64,000 nt of DNA, taken from the IMG/VR virus record IMGVR_UViG_3300025016_000004, one strand, 5' to 3'. A model generated the notes under the pieces. That model was not told the DNA's origin. It searched no databases and worked only from the letters and a program-made list of their open reading frames with translations. Below, in pieces: positions 21,518-31,043 of this stretch. The stretch is from a virus. Taxonomy: Duplodnaviria > Caudoviricetes. Made by a program: the position numbers and the translations under genes. Positions within the stretch are counted from its first letter, which is position 1; every line of letters starts with the position of its first letter.

Positions 21518-21772
21518 TTATGTATTTAAAGATTGAATTAATACAATTGCTTGGTCAATTGTTTGGAAACTCCTATTTGGAACCAATACATGTTTATCAA
21601 ATATGATGATAGGGATTACAGGTTCACCAACGAAATCAAATAATTTAATGACATGTTCTCTATTGGAATCATCATCAATATTTATATTGGTGAACTCAAG
21701 GTTTAATTTGCTTAACTTTTCTTGTAAATCCTTACAATAAGGGCAATTATTACTTGTATATACTTTTATCAT
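21518..21772 (-). CDS. Glutaredoxin / NrdH-like redoxin
   Basis: IKVYTSNNCPYC active site and a VIP cis-Pro motif, 84 aa. Confidence 0.9.
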   Translation of the reverse strand: MIKVYTSNNCPYCKDLQEKLSKLNLEFTNINIDDDSNREHVIKLFDFVGEPVIPIIIFDKHVLVPNRSFQTIDQAIVLIQSLNT

Positions 21773-24678
21773 AACTCTAATCCGTTTTCTTCTAAATCAT
21801 TTAATAATCTGGATAATCTATCACTAGTTTTATCACCTCTATTTAATATTTTATCAATATTTTTTTGTTTATTCATCACAGAATACCACATCACAAAAGA
21901 TACTGTACCTCTAAATAATTGGTAATAAACTGAAACGTTATTTTTCTGCCCGATTCTGTAACAATTATGAACATTATAATTACCAACTACAAATGAGTGG
22001 TCATCTTCTACTGATAAATCATAAACCCTTTCCTCACCTCTTTTAGGTTTTGAAATTTTAATTGATTTAATCGGGTAAGTAATATAATCACCTACTTGAT
22101 TAATTCTTTTATTTTCAACTCTATTTAATGAATACTCAATTGAGTAATTATTAACATTTTTATTAGATAAAGTAACACTCCTACCTAAATTAGCGTTATA
22201 TCTAACCAATTGTGATATTAATTTTAAAGAAGCGGTAGTAGCTTGTTGAGTATTTTTACGTTGGTAACCATCACCATGATAATACCCATCTAATAAATGT
22301 TTTAATTGTTCATTATTTAAATAATCAACCCAATATGGTAATTGTTTAGAATATACATTTTCACCGAACCACATTTTAAATAAATTTGCCATTTCACTAG
22401 AATGTATGGTACAAGTTTTTGTATTATTTTTATCAACATAAGATGAATGTTTATCAATTTTAAAACCCCTTTTTATTATATCAATAATATATTCTGAAGC
22501 GTCATACATTTTAGGGTTAGTTATTTTTTGACATACATTAATTGTATCTGATTTATTATCAGAAATACTACACCAACCATCAGCAATGTAAAACCCAAAA
22601 GCGTATAATAATTCATTAGTTAATAAAACACTTTTAGGTAAAGTAACTAACCTACCATTGGTTTGTAAAAGATTGTGATTATTTTTAAAGTACTTACTTT
22701 TAAAACTTGGTATTTTTAATTCTTCTAATCTACTTATTGGTTGATGTTCACTTCTAATCGTTAAAAAATGATTCAAAATATTTAAATCTTTTGCTTCAAT
22801 CCAAATAAAATCATCTAATATTTTATCATATACATATAATTTATGGTCATGTGTAACTGATAAACTGTTATTATATCCAAAAGCATTTATATCATATCTT
22901 AATTTTTTACGTTCTAATTTAGAAGTTTTATCAATTACATTTTTAAATTTACCTTTATGTGTATAAACTTTATCACCAATTTCAATTTCTTGAATCATTT
23001 TATAACCATCGTCAGTCATAACCCATTGGTCACCAAATATACATCTATCTTCCGCTTGTTCATTATCCCCTGGCACCCAACTGAATGAATTAAAGATAAC
23101 CACAGTACCTTCAGTTAACGTAATACCAACACCCGCAGAAGCTATATTTCCAATAAATACCTTACATTTCTTATTGGTTTGGAATTTATCCACTGATTTT
23201 TGTTTTTCAGTTGAATTCATTCTACCATTATGTATAACGCATTGATTTCCGAAATGTTCAGCTAATTCTTCCAATTCATCAGTAAAAGTAGTAAAAATAA
23301 CGATTTTTTGACCTTGTTCTATGGCATCTTCAGCTAATTCGATTGTTTTTGGTATCACTTCCATAGCAATAAACTTTCTTAAAAGACCTAATTCAACCAA
23401 ATCTTTATTTAAACTAACTCGCTTACCTTCAGCCGCCTTTTTCTCTAAATATTCTTCCCAAAGGTTTTCATATTCAGCCCAACCACGTTTTGACATATCA
23501 TGATACATTGTGGTAATGGTTTTATCTGGCATATCCAAAACATCAGTTTTTAATCTTCTTAAAAGGTTGTTTTTAGTTCTAATTCCTAATTCATCTAAAT
23601 TAGAAGCACCATCAGTTATCCAAATCTGTCTTTTAACTCCGTTTATTACTTTATAAAATCTTTTAGCATCACAATATCTTTGAGCAAAGAACTTCCAATT
23701 ATCAGCCAATGGTGATTTAACCAATTTTAATAAATTGAAGAAATCCATAGGTCTATTAGCAATTGGTGTACCTGTTAATAACCACACTTTACCGATTTGA
23801 CCTTTAGAAACAATATCATTGATTAATTTGGTTCTTTGAGCTTTGGGGTTTTTAACCTTATGAGCTTCATCTAAAATCATCAAATCATAATCTTCATCAA
23901 TTATATTGGTGTAACAAGGGTCACCTTCTTTTTTAGGTTTACCTATACTGTGAAAGTTTTTAAGTATTTCATAATTTATAATGGTAAACCTACCAACGTG
24001 AGACCACTTACTACCATTAATAATCGTAGCTTTTTGTTTAAAACTTTCTATTTCTCGTTGCCAAGTAATTTTCATACTCACTGGACAAATTATTAAAACT
24101 TTTTTAATATCCATTTCTAATGCAGCGATAATTGATTGATAAGTTTTTCCTAGGCCCATCGAATCAGCTAAGATTGCACCATCTCTACACGCTAAGAACT
24201 CAATACCACTTTTTTGATGCTCATATGGGTGACGGCCATCAGTGTCTAATTCTTCATATTTACCCCAATCAATTTCAATTTCACATTCAGTAAAATATGG
24301 GTCATCCAAAACCATTGTTTTTGGTAACCAATACATTTTGGATTGTTTTTGTTTTTGTGTTAGCTTACCATAAACGTGATATGTCTTTTCTTGGTCAGCC
24401 AACATTGCTTGAATTAGCATACGCTCAGGTACAAAAGATAAACTGTATTTATCTTTTAATGATTCACCTAGAAATGGGTTAATCCTAATCACACGATTTA
24501 GGACTTGTGGTTCCACATCATGAAATTTATTTATATATTCAACTTGACCTTCAGTTAAAGTTATTTTATCATTTTTTCTTAACTTACTTTGCAAGTCTTT
24601 TAAGTATGGGTTAATCCCTGTATATGTTTGTAATAAGGTTACTGCACCTCTACTCTTTATGTCTTCTAAATTTATCAA
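21769..24678 (-). CDS. SNF2/SWI2-family helicase with one intein (about 609 aa after splicing)
   Basis: LADSMGLGKT, DEAH, LTGTPIAN, GVGITLT; motif VI QAEDR|CYRIGQ interrupted by the intein. Confidence 0.93.
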   Translation of the reverse strand: MINLEDIKSRGAVTLLQTYTGINPYLKDLQSKLRKNDKITLTEGQVEYINKFHDVEPQVLNRVIRINPFLGESLKDKYSLSFVPERMLIQAMLADQEKTYHVYGKLTQKQKQSKMYWLPKTMVLDDPYFTECEIEIDWGKYEELDTDGRHPYEHQKSGIEFLACRDGAILADSMGLGKTYQSIIAALEMDIKKVLIICPVSMKITWQREIESFKQKATIINGSKWSHVGRFTIINYEILKNFHSIGKPKKEGDPCYTNIIDEDYDLMILDEAHKVKNPKAQRTKLINDIVSKGQIGKVWLLTGTPIANRPMDFFNLLKLVKSPLADNWKFFAQRYCDAKRFYKVINGVKRQIWITDGASNLDELGIRTKNNLLRRLKTDVLDMPDKTITTMYHDMSKRGWAEYENLWEEYLEKKAAEGKRVSLNKDLVELGLLRKFIAMEVIPKTIELAEDAIEQGQKIVIFTTFTDELEELAEHFGNQCVIHNGRMNSTEKQKSVDKFQTNKKCKVFIGNIASAGVGITLTEGTVVIFNSFSWVPGDNEQAEDRCIFGDQWVMTDDGYKMIQEIEIGDKVYTHKGKFKNVIDKTSKLERKKLRYDINAFGYNNSLSVTHDHKLYVYDKILDDFIWIEAKDLNILNHFLTIRSEHQPISRLEELKIPSFKSKYFKNNHNLLQTNGRLVTLPKSVLLTNELLYAFGFYIADGWCSISDNKSDTINVCQKITNPKMYDASEYIIDIIKRGFKIDKHSSYVDKNNTKTCTIHSSEMANLFKMWFGENVYSKQLPYWVDYLNNEQLKHLLDGYYHGDGYQRKNTQQATTASLKLISQLVRYNANLGRSVTLSNKNVNNYSIEYSLNRVENKRINQVGDYITYPIKSIKISKPKRGEERVYDLSVEDDHSFVVGNYNVHNCYRIGQKNNVSVYYQLFRGTVSFVMWYSVMNKQKNIDKILNRGDKTSDRLSRLLNDLEENGLEL
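21964..23043 (-). mobile_element. Intein with LAGLIDADG endonuclease in SNF2 motif VI (360 aa)
   Basis: Begins CIFGDQWVMT and ends VYDLSVEDDHSFVVGNYNVHN|C; FGFYIADG and LDGYYHGDG motifs. Confidence 0.93.
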
Positions 24679-24795
24679 ATTAATTATTTTTATAACAATA
24701 TATTATATTGTTAATATACTAAATTTTAATGAAAAAGTAAATAGTTGGGACTATTTATATAATATGAAATATTTATCAATATATGATTAAGAGTT

Positions 24796-24843
24796 ATGGG
24801 TGCAAATAGAAATAAAATACCAATTAAAAGAATCAACAAATAA
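24796..24843 (+). pseudogene. Orphaned original 5' end of the neck gene (MGANRNKIPIKRINK*)
   Basis: Encodes PIKRINK, as does the start of 25619..26131; nt 24818-24841 are identical to 25632-25655. Confidence 0.7.
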
Positions 24844-24850
24844 GTTTTAT

Positions 24851-25064
24851 AAAACGGAGCGTAAAACCCATTCATCGCTTTAGCGTGAATGGGATGTAAG
24901 CAACAAAAAGATTTGACTTTTAAAAATAAAGTTGTATATTTTTATTAACTCTGGTTTTGGGATGCAATCGGAGTATAAACAAAAACAAGTGGAGGTGTTG
25001 ACGTTGGTCGAGTCTATGAAACTTGAAGCCCAACCCATCGGCTCGCCGTGGGTGGGTAGTTCAC
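24851..25064 (+). mobile_element. Non-autonomous IS200/IS605 derivative, copy 1 (tnpB deleted; left end, promoter and omegaRNA-like right end kept)
   Basis: 5' flank TTTAT; left end aaaacggagc plus hairpin cccattca/tgaatggg; TTGACT-16-TATATT; right end gaagccc...hairpin...gggtagttcac; homologous to copy 2. Confidence 0.8.
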
Positions 25065-25065
25065 T

Positions 25066-25641
25066 GAAAAACTTAAAAGTAGGAAAAAAGAAATTGGTTA
25101 TAATATATCAGTTGGTGGTCGAAATGGAGTAACTCTTAACAGAAAACATTCTAAAGAAACAATAAAGAAAATGAGTGAAACTAGAAAGGGGATTACATTT
25201 TCTAAGGAAACTTTAAAAAAAATGAGTGAAGCTAAAAAAGGTAAAAAACACTCTAAGGAAACTAGAGAAAAGATGAGTAGACTTAAAAAAGATAAAAAAG
25301 GTAAAAAACACTCTAAGGAAACTAGAGAAAAGATGAGTAGTCTTAGAAAAGGTAAAAAACATTCTAAGGAAACTTTAAAAAAAATGAGTGAAGTTAAAAA
25401 GGGTGATAATAACCATTTTTTTGGTTTATCTCACACAATGAAAATTAGAAATATCATTTCCAAAAAAAACTCTAAAAAAGTATTTGAATTTAAAGATGGT
25501 GATAAAATTAATGAATGGGATAGTTTAAGTAAATGTGCTTTAGATAATAATATTAATATTGGTTACTTATCAAAATGTATAACTAATAATAAAAAATGTA
25601 AAAAAAGATATTTTAAATATGAAAAAGTTGGTACCAATTAA
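25066..25641 (+). pseudogene. N-terminally truncated GIY-YIG/NUMOD3 homing endonuclease
   Basis: The frame upstream of ATG 25171 reads EKLKSRKKEIGYNISVGG (end of a GIY-YIG domain), followed by KHSKET..KMS repeats; no GIY-YIG catalytic motif is left. Confidence 0.75.
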
Positions 25642-26131
25642 AAGAATCAACAAATTTTTTTCTAAAAGAGATTTTGATTTGGAAATTTCTTTAGGTCGTG
25701 AAGCGATAGAAGGTGATGGAAATTTTACTGTAATTTTATATAGAGTTGATAGGAAAACAACCCAGGTTGATGATTTATATGGTGAAGCAAGTGCTAGTGA
25801 AATCAATTTTCTACCTCCCGTTGAGATTTATATAGTTCCGATTATAGATAAAGCTGAAAATAAAACATATAATCCAGATTCCATGCGTTATCTTGAAGAT
25901 GGTAATTTAACTTTCATTGTTTATGTACAACATTTAAACGAATTGGCTGTTGATATAACTGTTGGTGATTATATAGCGTATCCAATTGATGAATCGGACG
26001 TTGTTTATTTTAATGTGACTAATGCTGGTGAAAAGAATTACGACAACGCTCACACAATAATGGGTTATAAAGGTGCTTATAGAATTATCAATTGTACTTT
26101 TGCCAATGAAGATGAATTCAAAGGAATATAA
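25619..26131 (+). CDS. Putative neck or head-closure protein (T4 gp14-like)
   Basis: VILYRVDR..TQVDDLYGE...F.PPVEI...VGDYI...YFNV pattern; located before the terminator-like and sheath genes. Confidence 0.55.
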   Translation: MKKLVPIKRINKFFSKRDFDLEISLGREAIEGDGNFTVILYRVDRKTTQVDDLYGEASASEINFLPPVEIYIVPIIDKAENKTYNPDSMRYLEDGNLTFIVYVQHLNELAVDITVGDYIAYPIDESDVVYFNVTNAGEKNYDNAHTIMGYKGAYRIINCTFANEDEFKGI

Positions 26132-26143
26132 AAAAAATAAATT

Positions 26144-26887
26144 ATGCCACTACCAAAAGGGTTTATTAAAAAAGTAAATTTTATACATCAAAATGTCGGA
26201 CCTGAAAAAAGACAAGACTACCTTGATGATATAGATTATAAAGGTACGTACCTGCCAAAGGGTGTGAGCTATGAAGATATCGATAAAACATTCATCGATT
26301 TTATTGATAAAGAATTATCCCTAGAAATTGATGGTGAATTAGTGCCAGTAAGATTCTTAACCATTCAAAGGTTTGCTGAATTCTCTAAAACATGGTCATT
26401 TTCAGATAAATTTAAAAACTTAAAAATGCCCTTCATTACCGTAGTTAGACAACCTGATATTCAGGTAGGTACTAACCAAGCGGGTATATGGAATATTCCA
26501 GGCCAACAAGTCTATACATACATGAAAGTACCTACTTTTATTGATGGTAGAAAGGGTATGGACACATATAAAATTCCTCAACCAACTTCGGTTGATATTA
26601 CTTATGATGTTAGATTTTTCTGTAATAGAATGAAAGATTTGAATAAATTACACACAATTGTTCAAACAACCTTTAACTCTAGACAGTTTTATATTAATGT
26701 AAATGCACACCCAATGCCAATTCATTTAGAGAAAATTGGTGATGAGAGTCAAAAAGATGATTTCGACAAAAGAAGATTCTATGTTCAACATTTTGAAATG
26801 AAAGTATTGGGATATATTTTAGATGAAGAAGATTTCGAACATATCCCAACTATTAACAGGGGTAATATTCGATTTACGGAAGAATAA
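26144..26887 (+). CDS. Putative tail terminator or completion protein, paralogue 1
   Basis: KMPFITVVR...PTSVDITYDVRFFCNRMKDLN...HFEMKVLGYI resembles T4 gp15-like proteins; lies upstream of the sheath gene. Confidence 0.55.
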   Translation: MPLPKGFIKKVNFIHQNVGPEKRQDYLDDIDYKGTYLPKGVSYEDIDKTFIDFIDKELSLEIDGELVPVRFLTIQRFAEFSKTWSFSDKFKNLKMPFITVVRQPDIQVGTNQAGIWNIPGQQVYTYMKVPTFIDGRKGMDTYKIPQPTSVDITYDVRFFCNRMKDLNKLHTIVQTTFNSRQFYINVNAHPMPIHLEKIGDESQKDDFDKRRFYVQHFEMKVLGYILDEEDFEHIPTINRGNIRFTEE

Positions 26888-26911
26888 AGTGAAGCATTTA
26901 TATTTATTAGT

Positions 26912-27943
26912 ATGCCACAAGGATATAAAAAAAATATAAAATTTATAAATCAAAATATCGGACCTGAAAAAAGGCAAGATTATCTTGATAATATAGATTA
27001 TAAAGGAAGTTATTTACCTAAAAGTATCTATTACGAAGATATCGACCAAACATTTATTAATTTTGTTGATAAAATTTTAGAAATAGAAATTAATGGGGTA
27101 AAGGTCCCTGTTTATTTTTTAACCATCCAAAGATGGGCTGAATTCTATAAAACTTGGGATACAGCTGATAAATTCAAAAATATTAAAATTCCCTTCATTA
27201 CTATAGTTAGACAACCTGATATTCAAGTTGGAACAAATCAAAATGGATTATGGAATATTCCAGGCCATAAACTATACACTTATATGAAAGTACCTACCTA
27301 TATAGGTGGTAGAAAAGGTGCTGATATGTATAAAATCCCTCAACCAACTTCAGTTGATATAACTTATGAAGTTAGGTTTTTCTGTAATAGGATGAGAGAT
27401 TTAAATATGTTTAATAGAAAAACTCAATTTACTTTTCAATCAAGACAATACTACATCAACGTAAGTGGTCATCCAATGCCAATACATTTAGAGAATATTG
27501 GTGATGAAAGTCAGGTTACTGATTTTGATAGACGTAGATTTTATGTTCAAAATTTTGAAATGAAAGTATTGGGTTATATTTTAGATGAAAATGATTATGA
27601 ATTTGTACCAACTATCAATAGAATGATAGTGTTTACAGAATTATACGATAAAAAACTTAAACCTAAAGTAGTTATTAGGTCATTTAAAGATATTGATGAG
27701 ATAATTTTAAACGTTGTTATTAAAGCGGACCATTATACTGAAGAATTTATAATAGTACCAGAATATGATGCTGAAATAAGGTCAATAACATACGTAACAA
27801 ACGTTACAAATGTCAATATAGCCATCAATGGAGTTCAACAAACACTTCCATTTAATATTTTAGCAAACCAAGAAATAACTTTAACTGTTGATAGAGATGT
27901 AACTAAAGAAGCTAGATTTGAAATTAAAGGATTAGTTAAATAA
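26912..27943 (+). CDS. Putative tail terminator or completion protein, paralogue 2 with C-terminal extension
   Basis: Roughly two-thirds identical by eye to 26144..26887 over about 245 aa, plus about 100 extra residues. Confidence 0.55.
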   Translation: MPQGYKKNIKFINQNIGPEKRQDYLDNIDYKGSYLPKSIYYEDIDQTFINFVDKILEIEINGVKVPVYFLTIQRWAEFYKTWDTADKFKNIKIPFITIVRQPDIQVGTNQNGLWNIPGHKLYTYMKVPTYIGGRKGADMYKIPQPTSVDITYEVRFFCNRMRDLNMFNRKTQFTFQSRQYYINVSGHPMPIHLENIGDESQVTDFDRRRFYVQNFEMKVLGYILDENDYEFVPTINRMIVFTELYDKKLKPKVVIRSFKDIDEIILNVVIKADHYTEEFIIVPEYDAEIRSITYVTNVTNVNIAINGVQQTLPFNILANQEITLTVDRDVTKEARFEIKGLVK

Positions 27944-28232
27944 TGAGTAATATTAATAGAACATATGTATTTGAAACCGTATTAATTAGCGGTGGGACTA
28001 GTGGAACTACTCTTGAGTTCTTCACTGGTGCAACCTTTGATACAGGTACAGGTCATTTAGTGCTGATACAACAGTGATAGCCGCTGCGGTTTGGGATAAA
28101 TTAACTGCTGACCATCAAACTGCCGATACATTCGGTAAAATGTTATATGATATATTGGTTGCTACTGGACAGATTCAACATACAGGGAATGTCAATACTG
28201 AATTACTTAAAAATAAGCCAAATAATCCGTAA
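27943..28232 (+). pseudogene. Internally deleted fibre-like gene (N- and C-termini joined out of frame)
   Basis: Frame 0 reads MSNINRTYVFETVLISGGTSGTTLEFFTGATFDTGTGHLVLIQQ*; the -1 frame from about 28059 reads SADTTVIAAAVWDKLTADHQTADTFGKMLYD...NNP*. Confidence 0.55.
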
Positions 28233-28272
28233 TTTAATTTTACGAATTTTTTTCCATATTTATATATAGAGG

Positions 28273-28422
28273 TTATTCACCATATAAGTCTGCTTGTTTT
28301 TTACAAGCATCCTTGATTAACTTCTCAACAAACCCAAACATTTTAAGACCATTGTCTTGACAATAATCTTTTAAAATTTTATGTGTTGTTGGTGTGATTT
28401 TCAAGTTTTTACTCCTTTTCAT
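28273..28422 (-). CDS. Small ribbon-helix-helix-like DNA-binding protein (49 aa from ATG 28422)
   Basis: MKRSKNLKITPTTHKILKDYCQDNGLKMFGFVEKLIKDAC has a beta-strand/helix/G/helix pattern; TATTTATA motif 12 nt upstream on its strand. Confidence 0.65.
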   Translation of the reverse strand: MKRSKNLKITPTTHKILKDYCQDNGLKMFGFVEKLIKDACKKQADLYGE

Positions 28423-28573
28423 AGGGTTTTTATTATAAATATAGAGGAAGTATGATAAAACTAAGACAAAAATCATACTAATTATTATATATGTAATATA
28501 TAATAAAACCTTTTGATAAAAATTTATATATTTATTTAAAAATAAGAATTACAAACTTTAAAATATTAATTAC

Positions 28574-30994
28574 ATGAGTTCTAACAACAGAGTATTCGTA
28601 AGCCCAGGAGTTTACACTTCAGAGAAAGATTTATCATTTGTAACACGTCAAGTTGGTGTAACAACATTAGGTTTGGTAGGTGAGACAACAAAAGGTCCAG
28701 CTTTCCAACCAATTTTTGTTTCTGACTTTAACGAGTTCAAAGCGTTTTTCGGTGGTCTTAACGCAACAAAAGTAGCCAGCACAGGTTACCCAAAATATGA
28801 ATTGCCATATATCGCAAAATCATATTTCACAAAATCAAACCAACTGTATGTGACTAGAGTTTTAGGATTTTCAGGCTATGATGCTGGACAATCTTGGGCG
28901 ATAACAGCTGATAATAACCAAGTGGTTGCGCTTTTAAGAAGTAGAGCCGCTTATGATGGTACTGAAACATTAACATTCCAAACTACCGCATTAGGAATGG
29001 TTGATAGTTTAAGTGCGTTGACTGCTGATGCTAAGGCTGAGTTTACTCTTAGTGGGGCTTCAACAACAAGTACTGGATTTACATACAACGTTTCTTTTGA
29101 TTCAACCAAAAAGAATTTCATTACTAGAGTATTAGGTACTAACGCTGAAACAGGTCAAGCACCTATTTATGTTGAGGAAATTTATTCAAAGATGTTAGAA
29201 AATTTAATTTCTACTTCAGGTGTGACTGGATTAACTGTTGGGTTAATTGATAATGCGTCTATATTTTCAGATTATAAAACTGAATATTTACCAGCTGTAA
29301 CACCATGGGTAGTTTCAGAGGTTAACGGTAACGTTATTAAAAAATTATTTAGATTAGTTACAATATCTGATGGTAATACTGCAAACTCTGAAATTAAGGT
29401 TTCAATTGAAAATATTAAACCTGATGATAGAGAATTCGATGTTAGAATTAGGGCTTTTTATGATACTGATGCAAACCCTGTTACATTAGAAAGATTTTCA
29501 AGATGTACTATGGACCCAACTTCAGATAACTTCGTTGCTAGAAGAATTGGTACTTTAGATGGTTTTTATGCATCTAACTCAAATTATGTATTACTTGAAT
29601 TGGATGAAGATGAAGATACTACAACTTCTTTCCCAGCTGGTTTTACAGGTGTTCCATCAAGAATTTATAGTGGTGTTGATGCACCTTCAATTGGGTATAA
29701 CCAATCTTACGCTGCATATTCTAAAATTAGAAAAATTTATTTAGGTTTATCTGATACTGTTGGTATTGACCAAAATTTCTTTAATTACTTAGGTACTGAT
29801 TTAACAGTAACAAGTGGTGTTACTGATGGATTCCACATGGATAGCGGTGCAACTAACAGTATGTTAGCTGGATACACCTTTGTTAATGGTGATTCTGAAC
29901 TTAGAGATGATGCTGGAATAGTTGGTACTAGCTACGAAAAGATATATTCTCGTAAATTCACAATGGCACCTTACGGTGGTTTTGATGGGTGGGATATCTT
30001 TAGAAATAGTGAAAGAACAAACACTGACACATTCAAAATTGGTGGAGCTAAAAGTAGTTTAGCTATAACAAGTACTGCAATTGAAACTAAAGTTGTGAGT
30101 AACGGTGATTTAGGAACAACTTCCGATTATTACGCTTATTTTGAAGCTATAAACACATTCAATAACCCTGAAGCTATTAACATTAATGTGTTAGCAACAC
30201 CAGGTATTGATGTATTTAATCAAACAAATTTAGTTGAAGCTACAATTGAAATGGTTGAAGAGCAAAGATGTGATTCAATTTATATTGTAACTACACCAGA
30301 TAGAAATGCTGGTACTGAAGATATCTTAGATGTTGATGATGTAGTTTCTACATTGGATAATACAGGAATCGATAGTAACTATACTGCAACATACTGGCCT
30401 TGGGTGCAAGTATCTGATACAGATAACAACGTATTACTTTACTTACCGCCTACAAGAGATGTGTGTAGAAATATCGCATTAACTGATAATGTATCATTCC
30501 CATGGTTTGCTGTGGCGGGTGTTCAAAGAGGTGTTGTGCAAGCGATTAAAGCAAGAAAAAAATTAACTCTAGATGAAAGAGATACATTGTATGAAGGTAG
30601 AATTAACCCAATTGCAACATTCGCTTCTGAAGGACTTGTTATATTTGGTAATAAAAACTTACAAACTAAAGATTCTGCATTAAACAGACTTAACGTAAGA
30701 AGGTTATTATTACAAGCAAGAAAATTAATATCTGCTGTATCAATAAGATTATTATTCGAACAAAACGATGAAGTAGTAAGAAATCAATTCAAAACATTGG
30801 TTAACCCAATTCTTGAAAACATTAGAAGTGAAAGAGGTCTTACAGATTTCCGTGTAGAAGTTGATAACACACCTGAATCAATTGATAGAGGTGAATTAAA
30901 TGGTAGAATTTTAATAAAACCAACTAGAGCTTTAGAGTTCATCACAGTTGAATTTGTGGTAATGAATACTGGTGCTTCATTCGAGGACATATAA
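28574..30994 (+). CDS. Tail sheath protein
   Basis: SPGVYTSEKDLS, YWPWV, PWFAVAG..RG, INPI, FGNK.LQ, LNVRRL, FEQND, IKPTRALEFI: the canonical sheath motifs. Confidence 0.95.
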   Translation: MSSNNRVFVSPGVYTSEKDLSFVTRQVGVTTLGLVGETTKGPAFQPIFVSDFNEFKAFFGGLNATKVASTGYPKYELPYIAKSYFTKSNQLYVTRVLGFSGYDAGQSWAITADNNQVVALLRSRAAYDGTETLTFQTTALGMVDSLSALTADAKAEFTLSGASTTSTGFTYNVSFDSTKKNFITRVLGTNAETGQAPIYVEEIYSKMLENLISTSGVTGLTVGLIDNASIFSDYKTEYLPAVTPWVVSEVNGNVIKKLFRLVTISDGNTANSEIKVSIENIKPDDREFDVRIRAFYDTDANPVTLERFSRCTMDPTSDNFVARRIGTLDGFYASNSNYVLLELDEDEDTTTSFPAGFTGVPSRIYSGVDAPSIGYNQSYAAYSKIRKIYLGLSDTVGIDQNFFNYLGTDLTVTSGVTDGFHMDSGATNSMLAGYTFVNGDSELRDDAGIVGTSYEKIYSRKFTMAPYGGFDGWDIFRNSERTNTDTFKIGGAKSSLAITSTAIETKVVSNGDLGTTSDYYAYFEAINTFNNPEAININVLATPGIDVFNQTNLVEATIEMVEEQRCDSIYIVTTPDRNAGTEDILDVDDVVSTLDNTGIDSNYTATYWPWVQVSDTDNNVLLYLPPTRDVCRNIALTDNVSFPWFAVAGVQRGVVQAIKARKKLTLDERDTLYEGRINPIATFASEGLVIFGNKNLQTKDSALNRLNVRRLLLQARKLISAVSIRLLFEQNDEVVRNQFKTLVNPILENIRSERGLTDFRVEVDNTPESIDRGELNGRILIKPTRALEFITVEFVVMNTGASFEDI

Positions 30995-31008
30995 AGTATT
31001 AATATAAT

Positions 31009-31043
31009 AAAAAACTCCTTAATGATTTATTAAGGAGTTTTTT
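31009..31043. terminator. Bidirectional intrinsic terminator
   Basis: aaaaaactccttaat-gattt-attaaggagtttttt 15-bp stem between convergent genes. Confidence 0.85.

Noticed and set aside
24932-25132. ORF-track proteins 24932..25132 (+) and 35735..35968 (-)
   Set aside because: They are chance frames across the IS-derived promoter and right-end RNA.
24818-25655. Group I intron or IStron in the neck gene
   Set aside because: No placement within the 24-bp repeat gives both a 5' exon ending in U and an intron ending in G, and I see no P/Q/R/S core; a duplicated target fits better.
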